Part shown: positions 34,501 through 48,847 of the stretch, piece after piece
Position numbering within the stretch: the stretch's first letter is position 1
How the letters are laid out: each line of letters starts with the position of its first letter
Assembly (NCBI RefSeq): GCF_036588685.1
Contig: NC_086373.1
Span: forward strand, 73,780,001 to 73,844,000
Source: Mytilus trossulus
Lineage: Eukaryota
DNA length: 64,000 nt
Direction: 5' to 3'
Made by a program: the position numbers and the translations under genes
Notes under the pieces: generated by a model
What the model was told of the DNA's origin: nothing
The model's input: only the letters and a program-made list of their open reading frames with translations
Database searches by the model: none

Positions 34501-37262
34501 CTTAGTGATATCAATTGATAATTTTATAAAAACATGATATTTAAGAAATATTTACTTTGAATCCTTATATTTGTTGAGGTCAAAATATTAAGTTAGTTGT
34601 TTTTAAATAAATGACCATGGACCTGACTTTGTAAACTACACACCCTTTATTGTCCAACTCAATTTAGTTAATTGATAATAAGCACTCTCTTTGAAGTTGT
34701 AAACAACATGACAGACTTGTTTTTAGAAAGATGATAAAAATATTACCATATAGATAACCAAATATATTCATTCAGGCAACACATTTAATAAGTTAGGTTA
34801 GTCCATAGGCTCAAGTTTTCTGTCTTTTAATTGGTAAAAACAACATGTCAAATAGGCCAAGATATATCTGTTCTATTATTTTTTTTTAGACTAGATGGAT
34901 ATTCTTGAAAATTTTGTACCATGTTGATAAACTTTCAGAAAATTATATAGTTAAAATAGTATATTGCACTATGCTGACAGATGGTCTCAAACTTTTGCTG
35001 CAGTTCAATAGTTAAAAAATATGTTAAATTTTCATTGAAAATATCAGTTTACAGGTTTTTGTTGATAATAAGTACAACATTGTATAATGAAATTGAGACG
35101 TTACAGAATCTGTTAATTTCGATATGAATTTCGATATGCTGGTGAATAAATACAAGCCTTTCCTGTTTAAAATTGTCATAATACAGATTTATAAATATAA
35201 GTTAATGGTACTCTATAACCTCTTAAAAAGCAACTAAACTATGCAAGAAAATGATATTTAGAAAGGAAATTTTATAATTAAATAAATGATACTTTCAGAC
35301 AATCCTTTAATATTCAGGAAAGAGGGGGCACAACTATTTCTTGGTTACACTGTATATTAGCAATCCATACTTGTTATTTATGGGGTTAATCTAGTTAATG
35401 ATAAGTCTATAGTCATTAATTACTTATAATCAGGAGATTAAATGGCATGACAATATAAAACTATAACAAAAGATTAATTTTATATTATAAACATAAAATC
35501 AATAATCCTTCTTAATAAATATAATGCATGTTCATGTGTCTTGTTTCATGTCCAGTATTTCTTAGGATAAGTCTTTAAAGGTGGCAAACATCAACAGCTA
35601 AATTTATTCATGAATGTGATTGATTTGATTTGTGCTGGTTTACCTTTGTAATACAATGTTCCTAAACTGGGATTTAGTTTCCCTAGCATGTACCCTTTAT
35701 AATAACCAACACATTAAAGTTGAAAAGTATCGTCTTTATTCACCCAAAAAAATGAAAATCATTACAGCTGGTGTGGACCACTAGCAGCTTTTATTGTCCT
35801 GTTACTGTTAGCTGAGAAATGACTGTTTATGCATACAACACCTTATTTAATCATAACTTAAGGCTGAAATCTTTTGGGGGTGGGGTCCACTTCCTATATA
35901 TAAGGTTATAGGACATGTGTGAATGATTGAAGACTAAGTTATGTGATGTTTTTTATGGGTTACCTAAGGATCAAAGTGTAAAAACGTCTCTTTACATGGA
36001 GCTCTTCAAGTATGTTTCAATCCTTGGCTTTCACATTTTGGGTTTTAAGTGTTTTTCTGATAAAATTAAATCCAGAAACCTGCTTGGAACACACATACCA
36101 AATTCATAAAGTATTATTTTTTGTACCATTGTTTAACTGTTACCCTACTGTTATGTAGTTACTCTGATATAATCATGAACATTCAGAGATTTAAACCTAT
36201 TTTTTCATATTGATTAAGATAATAGAACCTAAAACTCACCATGCAGAAACTTGGAGATTAAACCTATTTACAAAAGAATCAATTTTCTGATAGATTGTAA
36301 ACAAATATTTGATAAAGGACTTTTGAAATTCAAATAAGTTCCAGTAAAAACGTTCAATATTTCATTATTTTTACTAGCCACTCATAATTGAAAATCTACT
36401 TATTTATAACTTTTGTGTAAATAATAGTGCTGTAGTTTTCTGGGACAATTCAATATAAAAATATTAGATTTTCATATGGTCCAGGAAGCCAATGTTCTTG
36501 AAATGACATAGTTATACAAAAGCATATGAAAATAGATGAATTTGGAAGTAAAAATTGACAGAAGTTAGTTTGTTCTTAAATGAAAGACTCAATTAATGTG
36601 ATTCAGTTCTGATTTATAGTCCAATTAGTTTGTAATAACAACCAATCAATATTTGTTTGAAATTAACAAAGTCACTTAGGCTGACTAGGATAGACCAGTT
36701 TACTCAGAATCATCAAATTTTCTTTTAGAAATTTTTATGGTATATTTGTGTGTCTTAGAAAGCATTTATTAGTATTCAGTATGCAAAATATGTTGGTCAA
36801 AATTGAGATTTGCTTTTTGGCGATGAAATAAACTAATGAACAAATGAAAAAGTTACGATTATAACCCTCAACTTGTTTTCAGTGTAGTATGTTGATTTAT
36901 ATGATGTTAATTGCGTCACCTTTCAGCATCAGGAAATTGACATAGTTATAACAGCAGGTAGTCAGACAATTAAATAATTATTCTGTCCTTTCTTACCTCC
37001 AATTAAAACATCATGCTTAAGTGGCATTATGCTATAAGTGATAGCACATAAAACATTTTCTATTGAGAATGATAATGGGGGCAATTAGTAGATCCTGTAA
37101 AGGATTGTCATTTTTCTAGAACAATTTAAGAGTTAAATGTTATGATGAATGAACTCTCTGTGAAATTAAATACTAAACCATGTCCAGTTTTTAACTAAAT
37201 CAACAAAATCAGCCTTGTTAGCATGAAAGTGAAAGATTTTTTTTCTTTTTTTTCTTAATATT

Positions 37263-37560
37263 ATAGGGTTATTGCATGAATATTGGGGAATATTGTCCAG
37301 AGTAGAATTTTATATTGCACGAGCTTGCGAGTGCAATATATGTTCTCAAGGGACAATATTCTCCAATATTCATGCAATAACCCTTTTATTATATAGCAAT
37401 ATTGAAATATTTAAAAGTAAAAATTGGTTTAAACTAAGATTTTTAAAATGTTGATGACGTCATGAATTTTGAAGATTTATTGCACTAGTGCAATATTAGA
37501 ATTTATTGCACGCTAACTTTTGGTTATGTTCTGTGGGAAATGTTATATCGCTATACAATA
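37263..37560. mobile_element. Palindromic non-autonomous element (Crypton-like architecture)
   Basis: Arms agggttattgcatgaatattgg..tatattgcac / gtgcaatata..ccaatattcatgcaataaccct around the loop gagcttgcga. Confidence 0.55.
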
Positions 37561-39448
37561 TTATACAATTACTGTCTTTTGATGAGGTAAATGTGTGGTT
37601 TTATTGACTTTTGAAAAACTGATATTCACTGAGGCCGTATTCCGAGAGAAATTAATGTAATAGAAAATATTTACCAAAACCAATTGTAAATCAAACGTTT
37701 TTTTACCAAAATTGTACACGAAAAAGCACGCAATGTTTTGCGCGGTGAATATCCTTTTTCCGCAGGTGAATATGCTTATTTATTCAAAATCCCATTTATG
37801 TAAAAAAAAAACTACTAATAGTTTAAAAATATGGAATAATAACATTTATTAACCTCTTTTCAGGAATGACAGTTCTACAGATCAAAACCAACATAAGAAC
37901 TTTTCTGCTGGCGGTGATACAAGTTTTCCTTGTTATTGTTAACAGATGACTTTTATTACTTTTATTCGTTTTTGCTAATACATTTATACTAATGGTTAGA
38001 AATTGATTTGTTTTGCTAATACATGTACATTTATATACTTATGTTGATTTCTATACATTTTTATCAATTAAAATTATTGTAATATAAGCTGTTTACAATT
38101 CAACTAGAATTTTTCTCCTTTTGAAAAAAAACTGTTTGTAAATGATATTGAATGAGCATGACATTAGATATGATTATTATTCTATATAAATGGTTAGTAT
38201 CACCTTGATCCAATGTCATTAGCTATCTATAATATATTTCAAACACATAAAGAGATCTAAAAGAGATCTTTTATGGTGTGTCTAACATTCCAGCTATTCT
38301 TTATATTTTCTGAATTTCCAATGAGGTATGGTACTTCAGGAATTGTCAATTTTATTTTTTTCTGAAGTTTTTACTCTGTTCCTTTTCATTTTAGTTTAGG
38401 AAGATGAATAGAACATTTGCTAGTTCTAAGCTTTAAATTTAAACTTGCATTAGAAAATTATGATGTAAATTAACATGTTAATGATTATTTATAATTACAA
38501 TTTATTATGTTATTTAATCATATTTAATGATAATGTTTTATATCTGTGATAAATTTTATATGTTACAAATCAAACTTATGTGCAACTATGAATCAACTTG
38601 CAATATATATTGTTAAATTTTTTTATATTTATTCCTGCAGGTCAGGTATCCTGTTATATTAACATAGTTATGTAGCTTTATATTTATCAAAACCGTCCAT
38701 TTTATTATAAAATTAGTCAGATGTTTCTTCAAGACTTATCTTCATTTCAAATTAACCAAAAATTTAAATGACAATATATCCTTTGTTGGAATAAAAATAA
38801 GTCAGTTAAATAATAGTAGTTATGACTATATCAGGATATTTTGATTTTATTTACAGTATACAGTTCAGTTATTTACTCTTAACAATTAAAGCATTGTTAC
38901 ATCAACTTTGATCTTTACTATAATAAAATAAACAACTTGGAAAAAAATTGAACCTTGTTGGTTAAAAAGTTTTTGTTCTTGATTTCGGTAATAAACTTTT
39001 ATTTATGGCTGTTTCTAATATTCCCTTCCTGTAAAATAATAGAGAAAAAGGTTCAGAAACCATAAGGTTTGGTTACTATTGTTATATTGTTACCCATATC
39101 AGTTTCATAGTAATTTTTTGTGTTCCTCTATTTCTACAGGAGGAAAGATAGTTCAGTATTCACAAAATCAAAACCATCAATTGTTTGCTTTTTTGGAGTA
39201 ATGAAATTCTAAAGCATAAAAAAAATAACTTATCAAAATGTAAAGACATGTTAATGTCAGGCTTAGTTTTTTTTCCATTTAAAAGCTTGTTGAGAAAGAA
39301 CATGGTTTGTAAAAGTAAGAAAGAAATGATTGGCTAGCCAGTATTGACCTATTTGTTATACAACGAATCTACTTATTGTCTCATTTATTCTGTTCTTTTC
39401 TATAATAAAAATGAAACATCATACACATTTTGTTGTTTTTTTATGTGA

Positions 39449-40135
39449 ATAAAATTGAGAATGGAAATGGGGAATGTGTCAAAGAGACAACAACCCGACC
39501 AAATAAAAAACAACAGCAGGAGGTCACCAACAGGTCTTCAATGTAGCGAGAAATTCCCGCGTCCTTCAGCTGGCCCCTAAACAAATATATACTAGTTCAG
39601 TGATAATGAACGCCATACTAATTTCCAAATTGCACACAAGAAACTAATATAAAAATAATACAAGACTAACAAAGGCCAGAGGCTCCTGACTTGGGACAGG
39701 CGCAAAAATGCGGCGGGGTTAAATATGTTTGTGAGATCTCAACCCTCCCCCTATACCTCTAACCAATGTAGAAAAATAAACGCATAACAATACGCACATT
39801 AAAATTCAGTTCAAGAGAAGTCCGAGTCTGATGTCAAAAGATGTAACCAAAGAAAATAAACAAAATGACAATAATACATAAATAACAACAGACTACTAGC
39901 AGTTAACTGACATGCCAGCTCCAGACTTCAATTAAACTGACTGAAAGATTATGATTTCATCATATGAACATCGGGCACAATCCTTCCCGTTAGGGGTTTA
40001 GTATCATACCATCATAGCATATATGAGAAGAACATAACCCGTGTCATGCCAACAACTGTTTTTAGAATAAATGTCTTTAGTTCCGACGCAAAGACCTTAT
40101 CAGTGACTCAATATTAACGCCAAAATATGCAATAC
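39449..40135 (-). mobile_element. Long SINE-like repeat with Nin/Deu-like core; a short inverted copy of its end lies at 40178-40224
   Basis: The minus strand reads tttaaccccgccgcatttttgcgcctgtcccaagtcaggagcctctggcc and ends tttgacacattccccatttccattctcaatttt. CpG-rich relative to its flanks. Confidence 0.6.
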
Positions 40136-42821
40136 TACTCAAAATACTCAAAATGAATGTACTCAAAATACCTTTTTGGTTGTGTTGTTGTTTGACAGAT
40201 TCCCAGTTTCCATTCTCAATTCTAAGTATTAGAATTAAAAGGAGTATCTCACTTAAGATAAAAACCTGATGTATGTCTTACTTTCATGAAGAATAAACTA
40301 TGTTCATATGTCTGGTTGTTTGGATTTTGTTATAAAAGAAGTTGATATAAAAATAAGGAAATAAGTCAATTTCTATTTAAATTTAAGCAAGTACTACATT
40401 ACCCATGTTACCAAGCAAAAGAGGAGGCTAATATGGAAAGAAGTGGTTATCTATCAGACAAGCAATAATAATATGACTCGCTTATGTATCATGTGACTCA
40501 TTTCACTAAAAAAACTTCTAAAAAAATACACACAAGTCATGAACATTTCAGTGTAACAAACTCATTTTTTATCGTAAGATTTGTTTTGTGAAAAGGGCCC
40601 TTCACTCTTGTTTGTGATTTGAATTTCAATAGGTAAAGATGTGAAATGGGGCAGAAGTAGGACCAGTAAGACAGTAACACAAGTATTCAAAACAAAAAGA
40701 CATCTACAGGTCATCCTTTGGTCTGCAAACCTATAAATAACCTCAATCTGGACAAGTAGATGTAACAAAAAATATCAAAGATCTGCCATGAACACCAAAT
40801 ATTCCTATAGACTAAACAACATTGAGATAGTCTCTAAACAAATATTGTGAGTTATACATATTTTTTTCCGTATCACATATAACCCTTTTGATATTGATTT
40901 GCAGGGGAAGGGGGGGGTCTGAATAGAAGTTTAAATTATTAAAATAACAAAAAAGTTGTCACTACAGACAGTCAACAAAAACACAGGGATTATGTTTTAG
41001 AACACAATCTCTTAAAAGTTAAACATGTATCACAAATCAATGAATAATATTTTGCACTTTGGGTAAATGGTCAAAAATAAGGGGTCTCCTAAAATTTACT
41101 TTATCTTTATCCTTTAAAAAATATAAGCTTTACTTTCACATGATCCTTTACAAAATTGTGCAAGTGTTTATTGATCATAAAATTCTAAGGTCAAGTGGAA
41201 AACAAAAGAAAAATTGATTTTCTTGCCTTTCTTGATTATAATTAAGATAAAGAAGCAAAAGACTGTTTATATTGGCAACCATAATGATAAAAATTTATTT
41301 TGAAATCACAAATGCATTATTTTCCTGTTATTTGTTTTACTATGTTATTTGATATGTGCATGCATTTATGTATTGTTTAATTCCCGAAATTGCAAAAGTG
41401 GTTTCGTGGTATCTTGCTTGCCTATGTCAAGCTAAAAACAAAATGGCACAGGATGTACAGTGCCCTCTAAATGTAAACTTCTTTGTTATTTGATCTCTGG
41501 TTGAGTAGTGTTATTTGAAATCCTATCATATCTTCTAATTTCTATATTTTAATGTATTGCTTTTCTGACATGCATTCAGGCTTTGTAAGACAGAGCAAAT
41601 AGATATAAAGACTGGAAACATTGAATATGTCTTGAGTAACAGCATGAGCATGTGTATTCTTGTAGACTGATATCTTGAAAGCTCAGTATGTTGGTTAAGT
41701 GCAAACCAGGGCTTATTAATTTATTATTCATGTGTTATACTACTAATAAAGATATATACTAAACATGAATATAATATAATATATATATAGGATGCTAAAC
41801 GGATTTTGGTTTGATAATAAATTAAAAATCTGGAGAGTTCAAGGTATCATATAAATGCAGGTATCATAAGTACTGGGCAATGGCCCACTGCAAGTAGGTC
41901 ATGGTTAGTTAAATCCTGAAAGACAGACAGTCACACCAACATCACATGCACAATCGTTTCACAAACCAAAAGTAAGGGTAAACCTAAAACTATCGAAGAA
42001 ATTTACCTTTTAACAAAAGTTGATCAATAATCTATATAAATAATGTTTTCTGGTATTGCTTACTATAAAGCAACATTCCCTACTTTACAATGATTCAATA
42101 TTTTATAGGCGAATTATTAAAGTAATCATGTACTTAAAGCTAGGAAAAGACATCACTGAAATTTAATCAGTGAACCATAAATATGAGGTCAAGTTACGGG
42201 AAGGTTGTTTTGCAGACATGTTTACAATCTAATAATTTCATAAACAAATATTTTCAACGTATCTGTATTGCTTGTAGAAGCTGAGAAACCAAGAATCATA
42301 CCTAATGACTTCAAATAAGGGTGAAATAAGGCTAAGTGTACCTTTAAATATTTTATAAACCCATGATAAGTGACCTATTACGCAGCCCCCCCCCCCCCCC
42401 CTTTTTACACACACTTTCAAAAGTGGTTTAGCAATATACCCCCTTTTTCGACCTCTACGTCAGTGTAACGCATATAATGTGTTTGAGAAACTGATGACAT
42501 TGGCGGATCCAGAAAGGGGGCGGGGGTTTTGGGTTTGGAACACTCCCCCTTTTTTGGGCCGATCAAAAATTTGAATGGGGACAAATATTTGAACCCCTCC
42601 CTGGATGAAGGATGGAAACAAGATAAGGTTAAACCTTACCAAATTGACTTTTGCCACCTAGATTTATCCTAAAGCAAAATCCAGTTCACTTTCCTCGCAG
42701 TAAGTGAAAATCGTGTAAGTCGCTCATGACTACTAATGTTTGCTGAAGTCGCCGATCCAGTTCGGTTTTTACAGAAGAAATCCCAAATAACTTTTCAATA
42801 TAAGGAAAAAAAGTTTTCACC

Positions 42822-43400
42822 ATGGATGAGATCAAAATAAGCACACGAGGAGTACCCAGACTACTAAAAACCTCAACCCACACAAAGCTACTGCCTACTG
42901 GTCAAGGCTCCATTCCATCATTCATACTAAAAACGGCGACAGAACAACTAGCTCATTTTCTTTCAGAATTGTATCAAACATCACTCAACATCGGGTGGAA
43001 TCCCGCAAGATTGGAGTGTTAATGTGGCACCCCTATTCAAGAAGACAAGAAGACGAAAGACTTCAGACTACAGACGGTGTCACTTATTAGTACCTCCATC
43101 ACATTGCGAGTTCTTAGAACACAAAGTTCATAGCAGCATAATGGACCATTTAAACAGACATACAATCCTTACCAATGCACACTATGCATGCCGCAAAAAA
43201 AAAAAAACGATCATGCGAAACACAAATTATCATTACCATCAACAATTTTGCAAAAAAAAAACTAGGAAAAGGATATCAAGTCGACATCGTCCTTCTTGAC
43301 TGTAGAAATGCATTCGATGGAACCACACCATTGCATATTACACAAACAAGAGTAATATGGAGTTAACACTAAAACTATCAAATGAATTCGTTGCCTTTCC
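42822..43400 (+). pseudogene. Degenerate non-LTR retrotransposon reverse transcriptase fragment (CR1/L2-like)
   Basis: Across frameshifts: ISTRGV..LL..TG..SIPSFILK..LA.FL..LYQTSL..G; NVAPLFKK; SDYR; LEHKVHSSIMDHL..H.IL; KKRSCETQ..I; VDIVLLD..AFD; YGV. This matches the canonical LINE pre-RT/RT1-3 motifs. Confidence 0.85.
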
Positions 43401-46400
43401 TCAAAAAAAGAATGCAGAGCCAGTGGCGGATCAATGACTTATTACTGCCATAAGATGGGGCCCGCTACAGTCATACTTCAGGCTGATCCCCTATATTATC
43501 AACAATATTTTCACTCAAACCCCGACCCTCTAGATCCGCCTATGAACGCGTAACATAATACAAGGTAAAGTTCTTGAACCGCTTTTAATTGTGACATTCA
43601 TGCTCGAAACATCAAAACATCTGAAACCAAACTACATTTGAATTTGCAGATTGGAGCTCAAGTTTCTCTATAGAACGATCTACAACCAGGCCGATAGTGA
43701 CCTTCTGTCTTACATCACTGGAAGATTGGACGAATAAATAGTAAATGAACTTCAACGCCTTAAAATGCATAATAATTAGGATATTTAGGAAGAGCAAAGA
43801 AGTAATAGATAACTCATTCAAACTACTTCACGGACATACATTCGACAATGTTGATGCCAAAATATAACTAGATGCTATGTGACCTTCAGCGACTTGTTAA
43901 CCTGTAATCTTTTGAAAAAAAGTTTGTTTCGAGTTTTTGGAGAAAAAAAAATGTTTTTGATTCTGAGAAAAAAAAATGTTTGTTTCACCCTCAGCTGTCA
44001 CTATATGTAATGCTAAAATTGAAAAAAAAAAATTGTTTTCGAATTGTCCAGAAAAAAACCCATAGCTCCTCCCCCCCCCCCCCGAAAATCAAATGGTTGC
44101 TGCCTTATGTGCATCAAAATAAGATGGTTAAGTAATACCTATAGACTGATGAGTTTTAACTATAACCATATGACGTTTCCCAGTCGTGAAATTTTTATAA
44201 TGATCTTTTCATGTGTTTCTGTGTATTGTTGGGTAACTGTATTTAAGTTTATCCCACGGTTCATTTTAATATGTACAATAAGGCGTTTCTGTTTATGTTT
44301 GAAAAGAATCGTATTTCTCCTCCATTTAACACATTTGCCAAAAATAAATATCCATTGATATGAAACTTCATCACGAATTACATTGAATTGCTTTTTAAAT
44401 GTATGTGTATTGATCAATATTGGGTGCAAACATTATTTGCTGTTTTTATATTCAGTTAGGTCATCTGAGCTTGAAATTTAAATTAGAAATATTTTACCTA
44501 TTATAAACTGAGACCATTTAAAATTTAAAACATTTTCATAAACGTGTCTCGACGGCCACTTCTATAGATCGATTGAAATCCCGTTATACTTAGGTTGGTT
44601 TTCATACTAATATGTACTGAATACGTATATTTAAAAATTTATTGACTTAATTCCATGTTTAAATATTTGTAACCAATAAACACACACAGAGATAGATACA
44701 ATATACGTGTGCTCCTAAGACCATTTTACGTCCTGAACAAGGTTTATATTTATTCTGAATTGTTCAGATGTCAAAAACGATGGAGGTGGTATTAATAAAT
44801 CAATCTATTATTCAGTAAGATGAGAGGATTTGCATATATTAGAAGATGAGGTTTTATATTATGCTTTTTTCAAATACGCTGAATTGTTTTAAGGTTTTTC
44901 TTATTGTATTTTTCTTATTGTTGAGTGACTAGACATTCCGTCTTGAATGTAGTAACTCGTAAGATATAGATCTGTGTAGAAATGAAGCAATGGAATGTGC
45001 TTGGTTGTTACTAGTTCAACATATTATATTGATTTTAGTCCCGTAGAGAGTATACTGTGACCCGAAAATTGTTCGCTCAAAAATTATCCTCTTAGATCTG
45101 GTATAGCATGACATAGGATTGCATGACCTTTTGGAAAAACAATATAGAAACCTTATTTATAACTGCATGTTTTTCATTTAAGATTACAAATAAACAGCAA
45201 TACTGCATCACAATTAGGAAAATATATATGCAAACAGCTTCTGCTAAATTGTCAATGGTTTGAATAGAAATGAGTGTCAAAATTTGCATTTTTTGTACTA
45301 ATCTGAATGAACCAATGAAGAATAAGTTGCTTAGACACCAGTAGTACTTGCATGCGGCATATACATCAGGCCCCTAAAGGCATGGGAAAGGCGAACGGAA
45401 AGATGCAAGATGTATGTTTCAGATGGCAAGAGAAGAACATATTTCCCAGTGCTGTAAATTCACAATAATTCATTTTCAGAATTAGCTAATGTTATGATAT
45501 GGTGAGATTTTCTAAAAAAAAAATCAACAGAAAATGAACAGATAGATGTTTTTCTTTCGTTGTGTTACTTGAATCGGTTTGGAATTTTGTAAGTTGAATA
45601 CACAGTTTGTTAATCTAAATGTCATCACATAAAACATGATGTCGCTTTATCTCTGATACTTGATGGTAAAAGAGGGATATTCCCTCCACGCTAAAGACAA
45701 TAATGGAAACACTTTGTTTTGCTTCAAGTGGATAAACCAAAAGAATTTCGCACGGGTTGTAAGAGTCAAACAATCGTCCATTGAATGTTTGTTGTATTAA
45801 GTATCAGAACAACTTGTTACCCGTATCCGGGACATTAGATATTTTGATGACTCTTCATAGATTAGATATTCGTTGGGGTGACATTTATATAGACTTTATA
45901 GTGTCTTATCAAACAAACAAACAAAAATCTCGAAATTTAATCGATGTCTGAGATTTAATATTATTTCTAAAATTAAAATAAATTTGTGATAAAAATGTCG
46001 AGTGTTAATACGTCTTTAAAAGGGACCGGTTGTTCCCCTATTCCAATGATTGAATAAATTAGTTATTTCTGATAATTTCTGACAAAAATATATACTGTAT
46101 ATAATTCTTGAATAGCATTACAGAAACTCATTTTTTTTTAAAGACACTGTTTCTTAAAATAAATAAATAAGTGGACGGTAAAACCCTTATTTACAGCTCC
46201 ATGGTGAAAGTTTGATAAAGATGAAGTATTCGGTTATTAAAATGTTACTTTAGAGGACCAAAACACGATATGCACAGATAACACAAACATGAAAACAAAA
46301 ATAACTTGAATAGTGCACCAAAAGCAATGTAGTTTCGTTCAAAATTAAGTTCCAACTTTTTGAATGAAGTGCTACTTTGTGTATTTGATAAACCCCTTTA

Positions 46401-48188
46401 CATTTCTGTTTTCTCTCCATCATTCAATGGACCACATCTCTGACTATGTGCTCGTGACGTTTTGCGTTTTGGGTAATTTCCATTTTTTTAATTAGTTTTA
46501 TTAACTTCAATCAATGTGAGAGCTTAGATTTATATTTGCATTCAAATTTGCTGTAAACAAAGTTTAAATGTCGTGTTGATTGATGTCGATATAAAATTAT
46601 TTGTCATAACTGCCGACGAATCAACAGTCTGACACGCGACGAGGGGGGTACAGTAGAATATGAAACTCAGAATTACAAGCCGTCGATCAATGATTAAATA
46701 TTCAACTCTGCGAAATAAAGAGAAAAAAATCATATCCGGAATGACAACAAACGTAGAAATCCTGACCTCAGTTCTCAATACATTTTTTTTAGATTCATCT
46801 ATATACGTATTCTGATGATTATTCATCACCGTTTTTTTTTTATAATTAGAAATGTAGAGTAACCAACAATCATCAAGTTTAAAACCTTTGTGTAAACTGC
46901 AACAAGAAACAAGGATACATATGACAATGATATATTTAAACAGTAACAACTTGAGCTGTCTCGAGCTTTATACTCCCCCCCCCCCTCTTGTAGAAGTTGG
47001 CAGTGATACTAATTTTGTTACAATTTCATGGCTCAGTATTTCTGTATGTTTAGAAATAATGGCTGGTTCATTCATTACACATATTTTATGTCCTGAAAGT
47101 CCGCTCATCCACCTATCAAATCAACTTTTTTATTGTTGGTTAAAATTGTATTTTTACTGTACACAAACTAACGTATTTAATCCACGTATTTTCGTTGTAT
47201 ACATATGAATAAAATTTGACGGTAGATATTTTGCAATTAGTCGGGTAAGTATTGAACGAATAATACGCTGTTTCAGATGAAAAATTCATGAACTATCGCT
47301 TTTTTGCAGGTAACATAGGTACATGAAACAAGTTCAGATCCTTAAATCAATATCGTTCCGAAGAGAGTTTTCCATCTTATAAAAGGAATCGATTTGTTTG
47401 ACAATGTAATCCCATGATTTGCACCTAAGCGACTGATAAGAAAGTTATTTTAATTTATAGCATTATAAAATAAACATCACATACACAATACTGACAATAG
47501 GATAGTAACGTGTATGCAATACGCAGGAATTTATATTTTTACTATTCATTGAATGTGGACACATTGCCAAAGATATTAATTTTTATTTGAAAGCGGGACC
47601 TTTTCTGAATGACAATTCGATTGTTGTATTCTCCAAACTTTATAAACGCAAATTTCTTAAAGAATAATGCAGAGTGTCACAATAACAAAAATTTAATATG
47701 AATATGAGACATTGGAAAATATATTCGAAATGATAAAAATATTGTATAAAATCAAAGTATATATATATACAAAATATTTATGTACAAATTCTGCCAACTG
47801 GACGGACTGGCACTGGTAAGGGCTAGAGTATACAATACTCTCCACAAAAAAATCAAATATTCTTAAACAGTTTATAGAAACCAAGGACTTAAAATATATA
47901 CGTCCCTGTAGAAACATGCAAAGCATAAACAAATAAACATGACACATGAGCACACAAGCTGTGAAGTGTTTGAGCAAATGAAATAATACTACATGTAAAT
48001 CTCCTCGCAACACAATTGATTAAAATCCATAACCATTTAATTATTTCTACATGACAATTGAGTGTAATTACTCTGATTGTTATTATTGTGAAATATGCAC
48101 TAGGCAACAAGAGTTTGACTTTACAAAAGAATCACAGTTATTGAAATGCGGAATGGTTTCTTTTAAAATTTTCGCCTTCAAATCGGGT

Positions 48189-48770
48189 TTATACACTTAC
48201 ACGTGGATTGGCAGGTATTCCTGTTCGGGTATAAAAAGTGTCTGCTACAATTTTTGTACGCCCGTGCTGAGGTTTTTTAATGTCTTCTTTTGGAATGACA
48301 TCCCCAAGTCTCCAACCGTATTCCCAAGAACTAAGAAGTGGGAAAGAAAACTTATCTTCAGGACTGTCCTTGTACCTTGAATGTAGATATTGATATCGTC
48401 CTTTTCCTTCCTTTGTAAATCCGTCGTATAACTTTTCCTTTACTCTCAAATCCACAGGCCGCATTTCTGCAACAAGTTGCGCAAGTCCTTTTTCTGATTT
48501 TTCGTTTTGTAAATCTTCAAAGTTCGACTTCTTTTTGTTGAATTGTTGTGGAGCATAATCACCTGATATTTTGTTGAACATGTCCTCGGCCGGTTTTGGA
48601 GCATTTTGTATTTTTCTTCTTGCAACTTCAGATTGTTTTGAAGCACCAATGTTGGCTCCCGAATTTTCCCTTAATTTGTAATACCACTGAAGTCTGGTGT
48701 CTCTTTCTTTGTTATAAGACTCCTCCAAAAATTTCTGGACTTGTGTATTGGCAGGATAGTTCCGTGCCAT
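48189..48770 (-). CDS. SPMIP1: Sperm microtubule inner protein 1 / ATP6V1FNB family protein, 193 aa, uninterrupted CDS
   Basis: Motifs F-x-E-E-x-Y-x-K-E..R-x-x-W-Y and EMRPV...LYDG...GRYQYL..R....PE.KF.FP..SS..YGW.LG match the recalled vertebrate ATP6V1FNB/SPMIP1 sequence. Confidence 0.85.
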   Translation of the reverse strand: MARNYPANTQVQKFLEESYNKERDTRLQWYYKLRENSGANIGASKQSEVARRKIQNAPKPAEDMFNKISGDYAPQQFNKKKSNFEDLQNEKSEKGLAQLVAEMRPVDLRVKEKLYDGFTKEGKGRYQYLHSRYKDSPEDKFSFPLLSSWEYGWRLGDVIPKEDIKKPQHGRTKIVADTFYTRTGIPANPRVSV

Positions 48771-48847
48771 GTCTGTATTTGGTTATTCACTTTCCCAAAA
48801 CTTCAAAAACTATTTTTTACACTTCGTATCACTGTTTGACAACTTAC

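Noticed and set aside
40075-40115. Minus-strand gagtcactgataaggtc as a hammerhead
   Set aside because: The core is CUGAUAAG rather than CUGANGA, and the stems do not close.
46542-48110. Several 70-135 aa hydrophobic ORFs
   Set aside because: F/I/L/Y/C-rich translations typical of AT-rich non-coding DNA; no motifs or splice support.
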